Positions 22,272 to 32,482 of a DNA stretch of 64,000 bases are shown here, piece by piece. The position numbers were made by a program, and so were the translations under genes. The notes under the pieces are model-generated. The model was given only the letters and a program-made list of their open reading frames with translations. It did no database searches and was not told the origin of the DNA. Source of the stretch: Aliarcobacter sp. (GTDB lineage: Bacteria > Campylobacterota > Campylobacteria > Campylobacterales > Arcobacteraceae); NCBI GenBank assembly GCA_028690445.1, contig JAQVBE010000009.1:10874-74873 (forward strand). The letters are read 5' to 3'. How positions within the stretch are numbered: position 1 is the stretch's first letter; each line of letters starts with the position of its first letter.

Positions 22272-23456
22272 ATGGCAAATGTAGAAAATATTAAAAAAGA
22301 GTTAGAAACTGTTAAATATCCAGGTTTCGCAAAATCAATTGTAGAGTTTGGATTTGTAAAAGATATTCAAGTAAATGGAACAAATTGTTTAGTTTCACTT
22401 GATATTACTTCAACGGCTCCTGAAGTTGAAGCACAATTGACAAAAGAAATTAATGCATGTTTAAGTGCAATTGGAATGAATGTAACACTAAATTTTAATA
22501 AACCTCAAGAAGCAAAGCAATCAAGTAATAGTGTAAGTGGCAAAAATATTGCACCACAAATTAAAAAAATCGTAATGGTTAGTTCTGGAAAAGGTGGAGT
22601 TGGAAAATCAACTACAACAGTAAATTTAGCAGTTGCAGCTGCAATGCAAGGTAAAAGGGTTGGTATTTTAGATGCTGATATTTATGGACCAAATATTCCT
22701 CGTATGATGGGTTTACAAGGAAAAGAAGTAGAAGTTGTTGGAGATAAAGCAAAACCATTAAATGCTTTTGGTGTTGATGTTATGTCAATGGGTATGTTAA
22801 TGGAAGAAGGACAAGCTCTTATTTGGAGAGGTGCTATGATTATGAAAGCAATCCAACAACTTTTAAGAGATATTTTATGGGAAGAGCTAGATATTTTATT
22901 TATTGATATGCCTCCAGGAACTGGTGATGCTCAATTAACTTTAGCTCAAAGTGTTCCTGTAAGTGCTGGAATAAATGTTACAACTCCTCAACATGTTGCC
23001 CTTGATGATTCAAGAAGATCTTTAGATATGTTTAAAAAACTTCATATTCCAGTTGCTGGAATTGTTGAAAATATGAGTGGATTTATTTGTCCATCATGTA
23101 ATACAGAATCTGATATTTTCGGAATGGGAACTTGTGAAGCATTAGCAACTCAATATGATACACAAGTATTAGCAAATTTACCAATTGAACCAGCTATTAG
23201 AGAGGGTGGAGATTCAGGAAAACCTGTGGTTTATTTCAATCCGGAATCAGTTTCAGCAAAAAGATATATGATTGCAGCAGATAAACTTATTGCATTTTTA
23301 GATAGTGTTGATGATAATATTAATAATTCTGCAATTCAACCATCTATGCCAGCTGGTGTAAGTGCTTGTTCAACTGAAGGACAAAAAATAAAAGCTGAGC
23401 AAGAAAAAGCTAAAAAATCAGATGAGAGTTGTGGAACTGGATGTGGTTGCCACTAA
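22272..23456 (+). CDS. Mrp/ApbC/NBP35 Fe-S carrier ATPase
   Basis: SGKGGVGKST, DADIYGP, DMPPGTGD, ENMSGFICPSC; Cys-rich tail. Confidence 0.94.
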   Translation: MANVENIKKELETVKYPGFAKSIVEFGFVKDIQVNGTNCLVSLDITSTAPEVEAQLTKEINACLSAIGMNVTLNFNKPQEAKQSSNSVSGKNIAPQIKKIVMVSSGKGGVGKSTTTVNLAVAAAMQGKRVGILDADIYGPNIPRMMGLQGKEVEVVGDKAKPLNAFGVDVMSMGMLMEEGQALIWRGAMIMKAIQQLLRDILWEELDILFIDMPPGTGDAQLTLAQSVPVSAGINVTTPQHVALDDSRRSLDMFKKLHIPVAGIVENMSGFICPSCNTESDIFGMGTCEALATQYDTQVLANLPIEPAIREGGDSGKPVVYFNPESVSAKRYMIAADKLIAFLDSVDDNINNSAIQPSMPAGVSACSTEGQKIKAEQEKAKKSDESCGTGCGCH

Positions 23457-23466
23457 GTTTTATAAA

Positions 23467-23494
23467 ATAAAAAGAGTTTAAAGACTCTTTTTAT
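23467..23494. terminator. Bidirectional terminator between mrp and hisIE
   Basis: ATAAAAAGAGT / ACTCTTTTTAT arms. Confidence 0.7.
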
Positions 23495-24174
23495 TTATCA
23501 ACTCTTGAATTTTTTTCTTCAATTCCTGAAATCCCAAATCTTCTAGCAAGTTCTTGTTTTACTCTATCTGGACTTATATTTTTAGAAGCAAGTGCCACTA
23601 AAACATGATATGTAATATCAGCTGCTTCATAGATGATTTCTTGTGTATCATTGTCTTTTATGGCAAAAGTAAATTCACCTGATTCTTCAACTATTTTTTT
23701 TAACATTGAGTTTTGTTTGCCTTGAAGAAGTTTTGCTGTGTATGATTTATTTGGATCATCATTTTTCTTTTCTTGTATGGTGTGATATAAAGTATCAATT
23801 ATTCCATAAGCATTAGCTGTACTTATTTCTATATCACTGATTGTTTCATTTGTATTAAGATTTGTAAAAAAACAAGATTTCCTTCCTGTGTGACATGCAA
23901 CACCTGCTTGATTTACTTTCAAAAGTAATGTGTCGTTATCACAATCAATCAAAATTTCTACTACTTCTTGTAAGTGGTTTGAACTTTCACCTTTTTTCCA
24001 AATTCTTTGTTTACTTCTACTAAAATAGTGAGCAAATGAAGTATTTATTGTTAATTCAAGTGCTTCTTGATTCATATATGCGAGCATTAATACTTCATTT
24101 GTTGAGGCATCTTGAGTAATTACTGGAATTAGATTATCCATCTTTTCCCAATCTATTTTATTTAATTGTTTCAT
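23491..24174 (-). CDS. hisIE: Bifunctional phosphoribosyl-AMP cyclohydrolase / phosphoribosyl-ATP pyrophosphatase
   Basis: WKKGESS, DCDNDTLL, ACHTGRKSCF, KKIVEE, YEAAD; probable start MKQLNKIDW at 24174 rather than 24207. Confidence 0.94.
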   Translation of the reverse strand: MKQLNKIDWEKMDNLIPVITQDASTNEVLMLAYMNQEALELTINTSFAHYFSRSKQRIWKKGESSNHLQEVVEILIDCDNDTLLLKVNQAGVACHTGRKSCFFTNLNTNETISDIEISTANAYGIIDTLYHTIQEKKNDDPNKSYTAKLLQGKQNSMLKKIVEESGEFTFAIKDNDTQEIIYEAADITYHVLVALASKNISPDRVKQELARRFGISGIEEKNSRVDK

Positions 24175-24184
24175 AATTTTTTCC

Positions 24185-24448
24185 TTAAAAATTTGTCTGA
24201 ACATCAATTTTTAATAAATCTATTGTTCTTTCTTCTTTATTAATATCAATATCTATTCCAAAATTAAACTTTTTTTTTTCTTTTTTTTCTTCATAAGATT
24301 TATAATTTTCAATATTCTCATATTTAATATTTTCATTATATTGAATTTCAGGTTTAATTATTACGACAGATTCTATCTTTTTTGCATAAGCAGAATTTGT
24401 TAGGATTAGTAAAGAAGTGAAGATTAATAAAAAAGGGATTTTTTTCAT
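24185..24448 (-). CDS. Small exported hypothetical protein
   Basis: Signal-peptide-like N-terminus; lies between the SPFH gene and hisIE. Confidence 0.55.
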   Translation of the reverse strand: MKKIPFLLIFTSLLILTNSAYAKKIESVVIIKPEIQYNENIKYENIENYKSYEEKKEKKKFNFGIDIDINKEERTIDLLKIDVQTNF

Positions 24449-24457
24449 AGTATTAAA

Positions 24458-24478
24458 AGAAGTAGTTTTACTACTTCT
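24458..24478 (-). terminator. Possible terminator after the SPFH gene
   Basis: AGAAGTAG-TTTTA-CTACTTCT hairpin. Confidence 0.45.
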
Positions 24479-24483
24479 CTTTT

Positions 24484-25569
24484 TTATTTATTTATTACAG
24501 CATCTCTTGATTTATCTTTAGTATCAACCCAAATATTTGGAGTTGAACCACCAGGAGTTAAGAAAATTTTAGCATCTTTATTTTCTCTTAATGCATCATT
24601 AAATCTACCTTGAACCTCAATTTGTTGCATATTTAATAAACTAGGAGTTAAAGATTCTGCAATAGATTTATTTGCTACTGCTTGTGCTTTTGCTTCAATA
24701 GTTACGGCATCTGCTCTACCTTGTGCTTCAATTCTTTTTGCTTCAGCTTCACCAGTTGCTTGTGCAGCTCTTTTTTCAGCTTCTTGTTTTGCTCTTAAAA
24801 CTTCGTATCTTACTCTTTCAGATTCTTGATTTGCAATTTGAACTCTTTCAATTTGTTCTTTAATTTTAACAGGAAGACCAATTTCTCTTAATTGAACTGA
24901 TTCAATAGTAACTGAACCTTCCGCTAATTCCGTAACTTGTGTTTTTATTAACATATCAAGATTTGTAGCAATTTCATTTCTTTTCATTGGAAGTTCTTCT
25001 GCGTTAAATCCTCCAATAACATTTCTCACAACATTTCTTACAACTGGATTTACTATCTTATCTTCCCAAGATAATCCCCATGTAGCAATAGTTGCTGGTG
25101 CTCCTGAAGCTGTAAGTCTATATTGAACTGTTAGTTCAATAGAAACAGGTAAACCTCTTGAATCAAGAACGCTAATAGCTGGATTTATTTTAATTCCTGC
25201 ATCAAACCCACTCATTTCTTCAACACTTCTATAGTTTAAAAGTCTTACTTTAGTATCAACAATTATAACTTTTTGAAAAACTGGAATATATAAATGGAAA
25301 CCAGGATTTAATGGAACTTCATCATATTTACCAGTTGTTGCTTTAATACCAACTTGTCCTGATTCAATAATAACAAATGGTTTAAACATAAAAAGTGCAG
25401 CGATAACTATAATAACTACATAAAACATTCCTGCTTTTTTACCAAAGTTTTTGAAAAACTCAGGTGTTTCAAAAGGTGGTTGGAAATTTCCACCACCATT
25501 ATTATTATTTCCACCACCATTATTTTTTTGTTGTTGTCTGTTTTTAAAATAGTCGTTGTCTATTGGCAT
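24484..25569 (-). CDS. SPFH/prohibitin (band 7) family protein
   Basis: Single TM helix then PGFHLYIPVFQ, QLREIGLP, AEAKRIEAQG. Confidence 0.92.
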   Translation of the reverse strand: MPIDNDYFKNRQQQKNNGGGNNNNGGGNFQPPFETPEFFKNFGKKAGMFYVVIIVIAALFMFKPFVIIESGQVGIKATTGKYDEVPLNPGFHLYIPVFQKVIIVDTKVRLLNYRSVEEMSGFDAGIKINPAISVLDSRGLPVSIELTVQYRLTASGAPATIATWGLSWEDKIVNPVVRNVVRNVIGGFNAEELPMKRNEIATNLDMLIKTQVTELAEGSVTIESVQLREIGLPVKIKEQIERVQIANQESERVRYEVLRAKQEAEKRAAQATGEAEAKRIEAQGRADAVTIEAKAQAVANKSIAESLTPSLLNMQQIEVQGRFNDALRENKDAKIFLTPGGSTPNIWVDTKDKSRDAVINK

Positions 25570-25615
25570 ATCTTTCCTTATTTTTTATCTATTTAATAAG
25601 TAATACTAATCAACT

Positions 25616-26536
25616 TTAGTTAACATAAGTTAAATACTTAATATATTTCTCATTTTTTCCGGCTACTACATCAAAGTATGCAGATTGAATTTTTTCTGTA
25701 ATAGTTCCTCTTGAACCACAACCAATGATTCTAGCATCAACATCTCTAATTGGTGTAATTTCAGCTGCTGTTCCTGTAAAGAATGCTTCATCCGCAATAT
25801 AAACTTCTTCTCTTGAAATTCTTCTTCTAACAACTTCGATTCCCATATCAGCAGCTAATTCAATAACTGTTGCCTGTGTGATTGACTCTAAAGAGTTGTC
25901 ATTTGGAGGAGTGATTAGTTTTCCATCTCTAACGATAAAGAAACAAGCTCCAGAAGCTTCTGCGATATATCCTTGATCATCTCTTAATAATGCTTCATCA
26001 TATCCTGCTTCAACAGCTTCGAATTTTGCCATTTGAGAGTTTAAATAATTTGCAACAGCTTTAGCTTTTCCCATTCCTGAAGTATTTGGAGTTCTTGTAA
26101 ACGAAGAGATTTTAACTCTAACCCCTTTTTTAAGACCTTCTTCTCCTAAATATGCTCCCCATTCCCAAGCAGAAACTGAAACTTTAACAGGTGCTTCTTT
26201 GTGATAAAGACCCATAACACCGTAACCTAAATAAACTAACGGTCTTATATAAGCACCATCAAATAATTCATTTTTTTGTAATAATTCAATTTGAGCTTTA
26301 TTTAATTCTTCAAGTGTAAAAGGAACATTCATAAGTGTCATTTTTGAAGAGTTTAATAATCTTTGTGTATGTTCGTTTAATTTGAAAATAGCACATCTTC
26401 CATCAACAGTTTTATATGCTTTTGTTCCCTCTATAGCACCATTACCATAATGAAGAGTGTGGCTTAATACATGCACTTTTGCATCATGCCAATTTACAAA
26501 TTCCCCATCCATCCATATATATTTTGATTCAGTCAT
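25616..26536 (-). CDS. ilvE: Branched-chain amino acid aminotransferase
   Basis: LHYGNGAIEG, AYIRPL, KAVANYLNS, EAFFTGTAAEITP. Confidence 0.95.
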   Translation of the reverse strand: MTESKYIWMDGEFVNWHDAKVHVLSHTLHYGNGAIEGTKAYKTVDGRCAIFKLNEHTQRLLNSSKMTLMNVPFTLEELNKAQIELLQKNELFDGAYIRPLVYLGYGVMGLYHKEAPVKVSVSAWEWGAYLGEEGLKKGVRVKISSFTRTPNTSGMGKAKAVANYLNSQMAKFEAVEAGYDEALLRDDQGYIAEASGACFFIVRDGKLITPPNDNSLESITQATVIELAADMGIEVVRRRISREEVYIADEAFFTGTAAEITPIRDVDARIIGCGSRGTITEKIQSAYFDVVAGKNEKYIKYLTYVN

Positions 26537-26674
26537 TTTATCAATTCCTAATGATTAAATTTTAGGCATCTATTTTAGCTAAGATAATATTAAAATAAAC
26601 TCTTTAAAATTAGATTATAAATTATTTAAGATATATAAATGTAATATAAAAGAAAAAAATAGGAAAAGAAAAAA

Positions 26675-27289
26675 ATGTTTTTTAAAAGAGTCTTTAATTT
26701 TATTATTTTTATAATTTTTTCTCTTTTTTTAACAGCTTGTTCTGTTAGTAATACTCAAGTTCAAGTTAATCAAAAGAAAATTTATGAAAAAGAGCCAATA
26801 ACTCAAGATTTGAAAAATGAAGTAAATCAAATTGCACAATTAATAAAACAAAATAATTTAGCTCTGTTGAGTAGTAAATATATTCATCCAATAAATGGTT
26901 ACTATGAAGTTACAAAGTTTGAACATAAAAATATATTTGAAATGAAAAATAATATTTTAAATATAGATAATAAAATAGATTCTTTTGAAATAAAAATCGA
27001 AAAAGCAACTTTTAGTTGTAGTCCACTTGATGATAGTTTATATGGCTGGGATAAAGAAGGAGTTTTCTTAACTTCACAAATAACACCATATATTACAAAA
27101 ATTATGGAAGAAGCAAATACTTTACAAGTAAATAGATTTAAAAAAGAAGAGATTGAAAAAGCAGATTTTATAGAACAAACAAGTTATGAAGTAATCATTC
27201 CTTACGCTATAATATTTTATATTACAAAAATAGATAATAAATGGTATATAACTTTAATAGATAATATAATAACGGATTGTAACTTTTAA
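26675..27289 (+). CDS. Hypothetical lipoprotein
   Basis: Lipobox-like LTAC after a hydrophobic leader. Confidence 0.65.
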   Translation: MFFKRVFNFIIFIIFSLFLTACSVSNTQVQVNQKKIYEKEPITQDLKNEVNQIAQLIKQNNLALLSSKYIHPINGYYEVTKFEHKNIFEMKNNILNIDNKIDSFEIKIEKATFSCSPLDDSLYGWDKEGVFLTSQITPYITKIMEEANTLQVNRFKKEEIEKADFIEQTSYEVIIPYAIIFYITKIDNKWYITLIDNIITDCNF

Positions 27290-27442
27290 GTGAACTAATT
27301 GACATCAAGAGGAAGCTTGTGAGATTAAGAGTGCTTATTCAAAAAAAAATAAATTCCTATTAACAAATATTAACAAGAATTAAAGTACACTATCTAATAA
27401 TAAATATCAAAAATAATTATAATAAACAAACAGAGAAAAGAA

Positions 27443-30400
27443 ATGCTAGAAACAATAAAAGAAATAATAAGAAATAGAGTTTTAATAATAGATGGAGCTA
27501 TGGGAACACAGCTTCAAATCGCGGATATTAAAAAAGAAGAGTGGATATATGAAGATAAAGATTTAGAAGGTTGTAATGAACTTTTAAATCTTACTGCCCC
27601 TCATATTCTTGAAGATATTCACAACAGATATGCACTTGCAGGTGCTGATTTATTAAGTACAAATACTTTTGGTTCAATGCCATGGGTTTTAGAGGATTAT
27701 GATATTCCTGAAACTTCATATGAGTTATCAAAATTAGGTGCACAGCTTGTAAAAAAAACTGCTTTAAAATATAGTACGCCTGAAAAACCAGTTTATGTAT
27801 TAGGTTCAATTGGACCTGGAACGAAACTGCCTAGTTTAGGACATATCAAATATGATGACATGTATGAGGGTTATAAAATTATGGCACAAGGTTTATCTGA
27901 TGGTGGAACTGATGTGTTCTTACTTGAAACCTGTCAAGATCCACTTCAAATAAAAGCAGCACTTCATGCATTAACAGATACTGTACCACATATTCCTATT
28001 ATGGTGTCCGTTACAATTGAGTTAAGTGGTACTATGCTTATTGGAACCGATGCTATGACTATAGCTGCTATTATGGCTCCTTTTAATATTTTATCTTTAG
28101 GATTTAACTGTGGAACTGGACCAAAACAAGTTCATAAACATGTCAAGACTTTAAGTGAAGTTTGTAAATTCCCAATATCAGTTCACGCAAATGCTGGACT
28201 TCCTCAAAATAGAGGTGGAAAAACTTATTATCCAATGGGACCTGATGAGTTTGTAGAACTTCAAAAAGAGTTTTTAAGTATAAATGGAGTTTCATTTTTA
28301 GGTGGTTGTTGTGGAACAACACCTGAACACGTAGCTGCTTTAGTAAAAGCGGTTGAGGGAATTACTCCTTTAAAACCTTGCGGATTTTTAAAAGCTTCTT
28401 TGGCTTCACTTTTTGGAACAATGCCATTAAAACAAGAACCAGCACCACTTTTAATTGGTGAGCGTTCAAATGCAACAGGATCTAAAGCTTTTAGAGAGTT
28501 ATTAAAAGCAAATGATTATGAGGGAACATTAAGCGTTGGTCAACAACAAGTTCGTGCAGGGGCGCATGTAATTGATGTTTCTGTTGGGTTTGCAGGTCGA
28601 GATGAAAGATTTGATATGGATGCAGTTGCCGCGCTTTATTCTCAAAAAGTTGCACTTCCTTTGATGCCAGATTCTACTCAAATATATGCTTTGGAAGCTG
28701 CACTTAAACAAATCGGTGGAAGATGTATCATTAACTCTGTAAATTTGGAAGATGGTGAAGATAAGTTTGATGCGGTTTGTAAATTAGCTAAAAAATTTGG
28801 AGCAGCGCTTGTTTGTCTTGTTATTGATGAAGTTGGAATGGCGAAAACGAAAGAAGATAAACTAAGAATTGCTGAGAGAATTTTTGATTTATGTGTAAAT
28901 AGACATGGGTTTGATCCAGCTGATTTAGTATTTGATATGCTTACATTTACAATTGGTTCAGGAGATGATGAGTATAGAACAGCTGGTGTTGAAACTATGG
29001 AAGCGATTCGTGAGTTTCAGATTTTGCATCCAGAAGCTGGAACGACTCTTGGGCTTTCAAATATTTCATTTGGACTTGATCAAAAAGCTAGAATTTATTT
29101 AAATTCTATTTATCTTGATCATTGTGTAAGAGCTGGATTAACATCTGCTATTGTAAATGTAAAACATATAATTCCATTAAATAAAGTAAGTGCAGAAGAT
29201 AGAACTGCTTGTGATAATCTGATTTTTAACAACCATGAAAATGGTGACCCTTTGTTTGCTTTTATTGAACATTTTTCGACAGTAGAAGCACAAGAAGAAC
29301 AAACAGATGAAGAGTATCAAAATATGCCAGCACTTGAAAAAGTACAAATGCTTTTACTTGATGGGGACAAAGATAGACTTCTACCTTTAGTTGAAGAATT
29401 ACGGCATACCGTCCCACCAGAAACAATAGTAAATGAATGGCTTATTGATGGAATGAAAATCATTGGCGAGTTATTTGGAAGCGGACAAATGCAGTTACCG
29501 TTTGTACTTCAAAGTGCTGAAACTATGAAAGCAACCGTTGATGCTTTAAATCCATATTTGCCAAAACAAGAAAAATCAAGTGAAACAACTTTAATCATTG
29601 GAACGGTAAAAGGAGATGTTCACGATGTTGGTAAAAATCTTGTAGATATTATTCTTTCAAATAACGGATTTAAAGTTGTAAATGTGGGAATAAAAGCTGG
29701 TCTTGATACTTTTGTTGACAAACTACAAGAACACAATGCCCATGCCCTTGGAATGAGTGGATTACTTGTAAAATCAACAGCAGTTATGAAGGAAAATCTT
29801 GAGGAACTTCAAAAAATGGGAATAAAAATTCCTGTTCTTTTAGGTGGTGCTGCTTTGACAAAAAGTTTTGTTGATGAGTATTGTAGACCATTTTATGATG
29901 GACCAATTTTTTATTGTAGGGATGCTTTTGATGGTGTTATTTCTATGCAAAGGATTGAAAAGGGCGATACAAATAATACAGACTTACCAGCAGATTTAAT
30001 AAAAATAATAGATACAAGTGATAAAGTTGAAGAAGAAGTAGCAGAAATTCCCCCTTATGAAGAAATACCACTTCCTGAGAAGAATACATTTTTATTTCCT
30101 CCATTTTGGGGAAGAATTGGAAAAACAGCAGAAAAATTAGATAAAGAACTTATTTTTAAATGGATAAATCATAGGGTTTTATTTAGACAAAGATGGGGAT
30201 ATAAAAGAGGGAAACAAGACTCTGCTAAATTCTTAAAATATGAAGAAGAAGTTGTTGAACCTACGTATCAAACTTTAAAAGCTGAATTAGTAGATAAAAA
30301 TATTTTTGAACCAATTGCAATTTATGCTTATTATCCTTGTATTTCATGGGATAATAAAATTTATATTTTTGATAAAAAATATTTATACAATTCTTTAGAA

Positions 30401-30919
30401 GAAGCGAAAAATGTACCACCTTTAAGTGAAGCTATAAAAGTTTTAGAGTTTCCAAGACAAAAACGAAAACCATTTAGATGTATTGCTGATTTCTTTGCAA
30501 ATGATAGACTTGATGTGATTGCCTTTACCCTTGCAAGTGCTGGACTTAAAATAAGTGATTATGAAAGAAGTTTATACGATAAAGGTGAGTTCACAAAATA
30601 TTACCAAGTTCATGGTTTGGGAGTTGAACTTGCTGAAGCTTTAGCTGAGGTTTTACATAAACAAATAAGACTTGATTTAGATATTGTGCCAAAAGAGGGA
30701 CATACTTTAAATGATGTTCAAATGAAACAATATGTGGGTTGTAGATATTCTCCAGGATATGCTGCTTGTCCTGATTTAGCAATGAATAGAGATATTTTTG
30801 ATTTATTAAATCCTGAAGAGTTTGGAATAGAATTATCTGAGACTTTTCAAATGCACCCAGAACAAACTACTTGTGCTATTGTGGTTACTCACAAAGAAGC
30901 AAACTACTATAATATCTAA
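27443..30919 (+). CDS. metH: Cobalamin-dependent methionine synthase
   Basis: DGAMGTQLQ, GGCCGT, IGERSNATGS, KGDVHDVGKN, RYSPGYAACP. Confidence 0.97.
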   Translation: MLETIKEIIRNRVLIIDGAMGTQLQIADIKKEEWIYEDKDLEGCNELLNLTAPHILEDIHNRYALAGADLLSTNTFGSMPWVLEDYDIPETSYELSKLGAQLVKKTALKYSTPEKPVYVLGSIGPGTKLPSLGHIKYDDMYEGYKIMAQGLSDGGTDVFLLETCQDPLQIKAALHALTDTVPHIPIMVSVTIELSGTMLIGTDAMTIAAIMAPFNILSLGFNCGTGPKQVHKHVKTLSEVCKFPISVHANAGLPQNRGGKTYYPMGPDEFVELQKEFLSINGVSFLGGCCGTTPEHVAALVKAVEGITPLKPCGFLKASLASLFGTMPLKQEPAPLLIGERSNATGSKAFRELLKANDYEGTLSVGQQQVRAGAHVIDVSVGFAGRDERFDMDAVAALYSQKVALPLMPDSTQIYALEAALKQIGGRCIINSVNLEDGEDKFDAVCKLAKKFGAALVCLVIDEVGMAKTKEDKLRIAERIFDLCVNRHGFDPADLVFDMLTFTIGSGDDEYRTAGVETMEAIREFQILHPEAGTTLGLSNISFGLDQKARIYLNSIYLDHCVRAGLTSAIVNVKHIIPLNKVSAEDRTACDNLIFNNHENGDPLFAFIEHFSTVEAQEEQTDEEYQNMPALEKVQMLLLDGDKDRLLPLVEELRHTVPPETIVNEWLIDGMKIIGELFGSGQMQLPFVLQSAETMKATVDALNPYLPKQEKSSETTLIIGTVKGDVHDVGKNLVDIILSNNGFKVVNVGIKAGLDTFVDKLQEHNAHALGMSGLLVKSTAVMKENLEELQKMGIKIPVLLGGAALTKSFVDEYCRPFYDGPIFYCRDAFDGVISMQRIEKGDTNNTDLPADLIKIIDTSDKVEEEVAEIPPYEEIPLPEKNTFLFPPFWGRIGKTAEKLDKELIFKWINHRVLFRQRWGYKRGKQDSAKFLKYEEEVVEPTYQTLKAELVDKNIFEPIAIYAYYPCISWDNKIYIFDKKYLYNSLEEAKNVPPLSEAIKVLEFPRQKRKPFRCIADFFANDRLDVIAFTLASAGLKISDYERSLYDKGEFTKYYQVHGLGVELAEALAEVLHKQIRLDLDIVPKEGHTLNDVQMKQYVGCRYSPGYAACPDLAMNRDIFDLLNPEEFGIELSETFQMHPEQTTCAIVVTHKEANYYNI

Positions 30920-30930
30920 TACTTTTTTTA

Positions 30931-30957
30931 ATTAAAGATGCATTTTGCATCTTTAAT
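30931..30957 (+). terminator. Hairpin after metH
   Basis: ATTAAAGATGC-ATTTT-GCATCTTTAAT; no clean U-tract. Confidence 0.55.
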
Positions 30958-30979
30958 ATTTCTCCCATAGGATTTTATT

Positions 30980-31831
30980 TTGACAAATAATGCTAAAGGC
31001 TTATCCCTTACTTCTATTGGTATATTTATTATGAGTTTAGAATCTCTTTTGATTAAATATACAAATGTATCATCTTTCGTTTTTTCATTTTATTTAGGAA
31101 TATTTATATTTATTTCAATGATGGTAACCTTGCTATTTAAAGAAAAAACTTATGTTAAAAATGCATTTAAATCATCTTTTTTAATTTTAATTACTTGTGC
31201 AATTATGATGGGTGCTTCAAATATATTTTTTATAACAGCAGTGAAGACCACAACGGTTGCTAATGTAGTAATTATTTTTAGTACATCAGCACTTTTTTCA
31301 GCTTTAATTGCATATATTTTATATAGAGAAAAAATCACAAAAAATATACTTTATGCTTCATTTTTTATGTTTGTTGGGTTATATATTATTTTTAATGATA
31401 GCCTAGAATTTGGTAGTTTAATAGGAAATATGTATGCGTTATTTTGCACTATATTATTTTCAATTTCATTCGTTTTGTTATCAAAATATAAAGAAATGGA
31501 TAGAATAGTTCTTACAGCATTTTCTGGTATATGTCTTAGTGTATTAGCTTTTTTTCTAAGTGAAGATTTAAAAATTGATTTAAATAATCTTATGATTGTA
31601 ATGTTTATGGGACTTATAATTTCATCATTTTCAAGGGTTTTAATAGGAAATGGAGCTAAATATATAAGCGCAAGTGAAGTGAGTCTTTTAATGCTAATTG
31701 AAACTATCATGGCGCCTATTTGGGTTTGGATATTTTTAAATGAAATCCCAACTATTCATACTTTTATTGGAGGAAGTGTTATTATACTTACTTTGATAAT
31801 CAATTCTTTGTATTCTTTAAAAAACAACTAA
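30980..31831 (+). CDS. DMT/EamA-family transporter
   Basis: About ten TM helices in two repeats; ETIMAPIWVW. Confidence 0.88.
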   Translation: MTNNAKGLSLTSIGIFIMSLESLLIKYTNVSSFVFSFYLGIFIFISMMVTLLFKEKTYVKNAFKSSFLILITCAIMMGASNIFFITAVKTTTVANVVIIFSTSALFSALIAYILYREKITKNILYASFFMFVGLYIIFNDSLEFGSLIGNMYALFCTILFSISFVLLSKYKEMDRIVLTAFSGICLSVLAFFLSEDLKIDLNNLMIVMFMGLIISSFSRVLIGNGAKYISASEVSLLMLIETIMAPIWVWIFLNEIPTIHTFIGGSVIILTLIINSLYSLKNN

Positions 31832-32418
31832 ATATTTTTTAGTTGTTTATCGTGATATTTTCGCAAAATTATAAGTGCCAAAACAGCGCCAAATAAAGCC
31901 CAAGCCATATCACTTTGTGTATCCCAAATATATCCTTGAGTTCCTAAAAAATCTTCTGCTGAATCATTTGCAAATATTGCTACCCACCATTCTACAAGTT
32001 CATAAAAAGCAGAAAAACCTAAACAAAAACAAAGAATAAAAAAGTTTCTCCAAGCTTCAATTGAGATGATATTTTTTCTTATGATAATCTCTCTTGCTAT
32101 TATTGCTGGAATAAAACCTTGTGCAAAATGTCCTAATTTATCGTAGTTGTTTCTATCTTGATTAAAAAATTCTTTTATAAAATCAAAGGCAGGAACTTGG
32201 GCATAAGTATAGTGACCACCAACCATTAAAATAATACAATGAATTAAAATAAGCGTATAAACTAAAGATGTAAATTTGAATTTATTATAAATAAAAGCCA
32301 AAATAAATAAAGCAATAAGAGCTGGAAATACTTCTAAAAACCAAGTGAATAAATCTTTTGGATTAATAGCCGACCAAATAAAAATAGTAAAATAAATAAA
32401 CAACCAAATTTTAATCAT
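31828..32418 (-). CDS. DUF2238 (YjdF-like) membrane protein
   Basis: TWFLE, GGHYTYAQVP, RNNYDKLGHF, QGYIWDTQSDM. Confidence 0.88.
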   Translation of the reverse strand: MIKIWLFIYFTIFIWSAINPKDLFTWFLEVFPALIALFILAFIYNKFKFTSLVYTLILIHCIILMVGGHYTYAQVPAFDFIKEFFNQDRNNYDKLGHFAQGFIPAIIAREIIIRKNIISIEAWRNFFILCFCLGFSAFYELVEWWVAIFANDSAEDFLGTQGYIWDTQSDMAWALFGAVLALIILRKYHDKQLKNI

Positions 32419-32482
32419 TGTAATCCTTTAGAAATGTTAATTATCCTATAATAAAGCTTCAAAATTATTATAAAGGATTCTC

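Noticed and set aside
24270-24288. T10 and T8 runs in the small hypothetical gene as a phase-variation site
   Set aside because: Poly-A/T runs encoding Lys-rich sequence are common here; Campylobacterota phase variation mostly uses poly-G/C tracts, and I saw none in the window
25490-25545. Asn/Gly/Gln low-complexity repeat at the SPFH N-terminus
   Set aside because: Ordinary disordered linker typical of band 7/HflK-like proteins
27290-27345. Purine-rich patch upstream of metH containing ATCAAGAG, like the start of a SAM-I riboswitch
   Set aside because: None of the remaining SAM-I or cobalamin riboswitch elements or stems can be found
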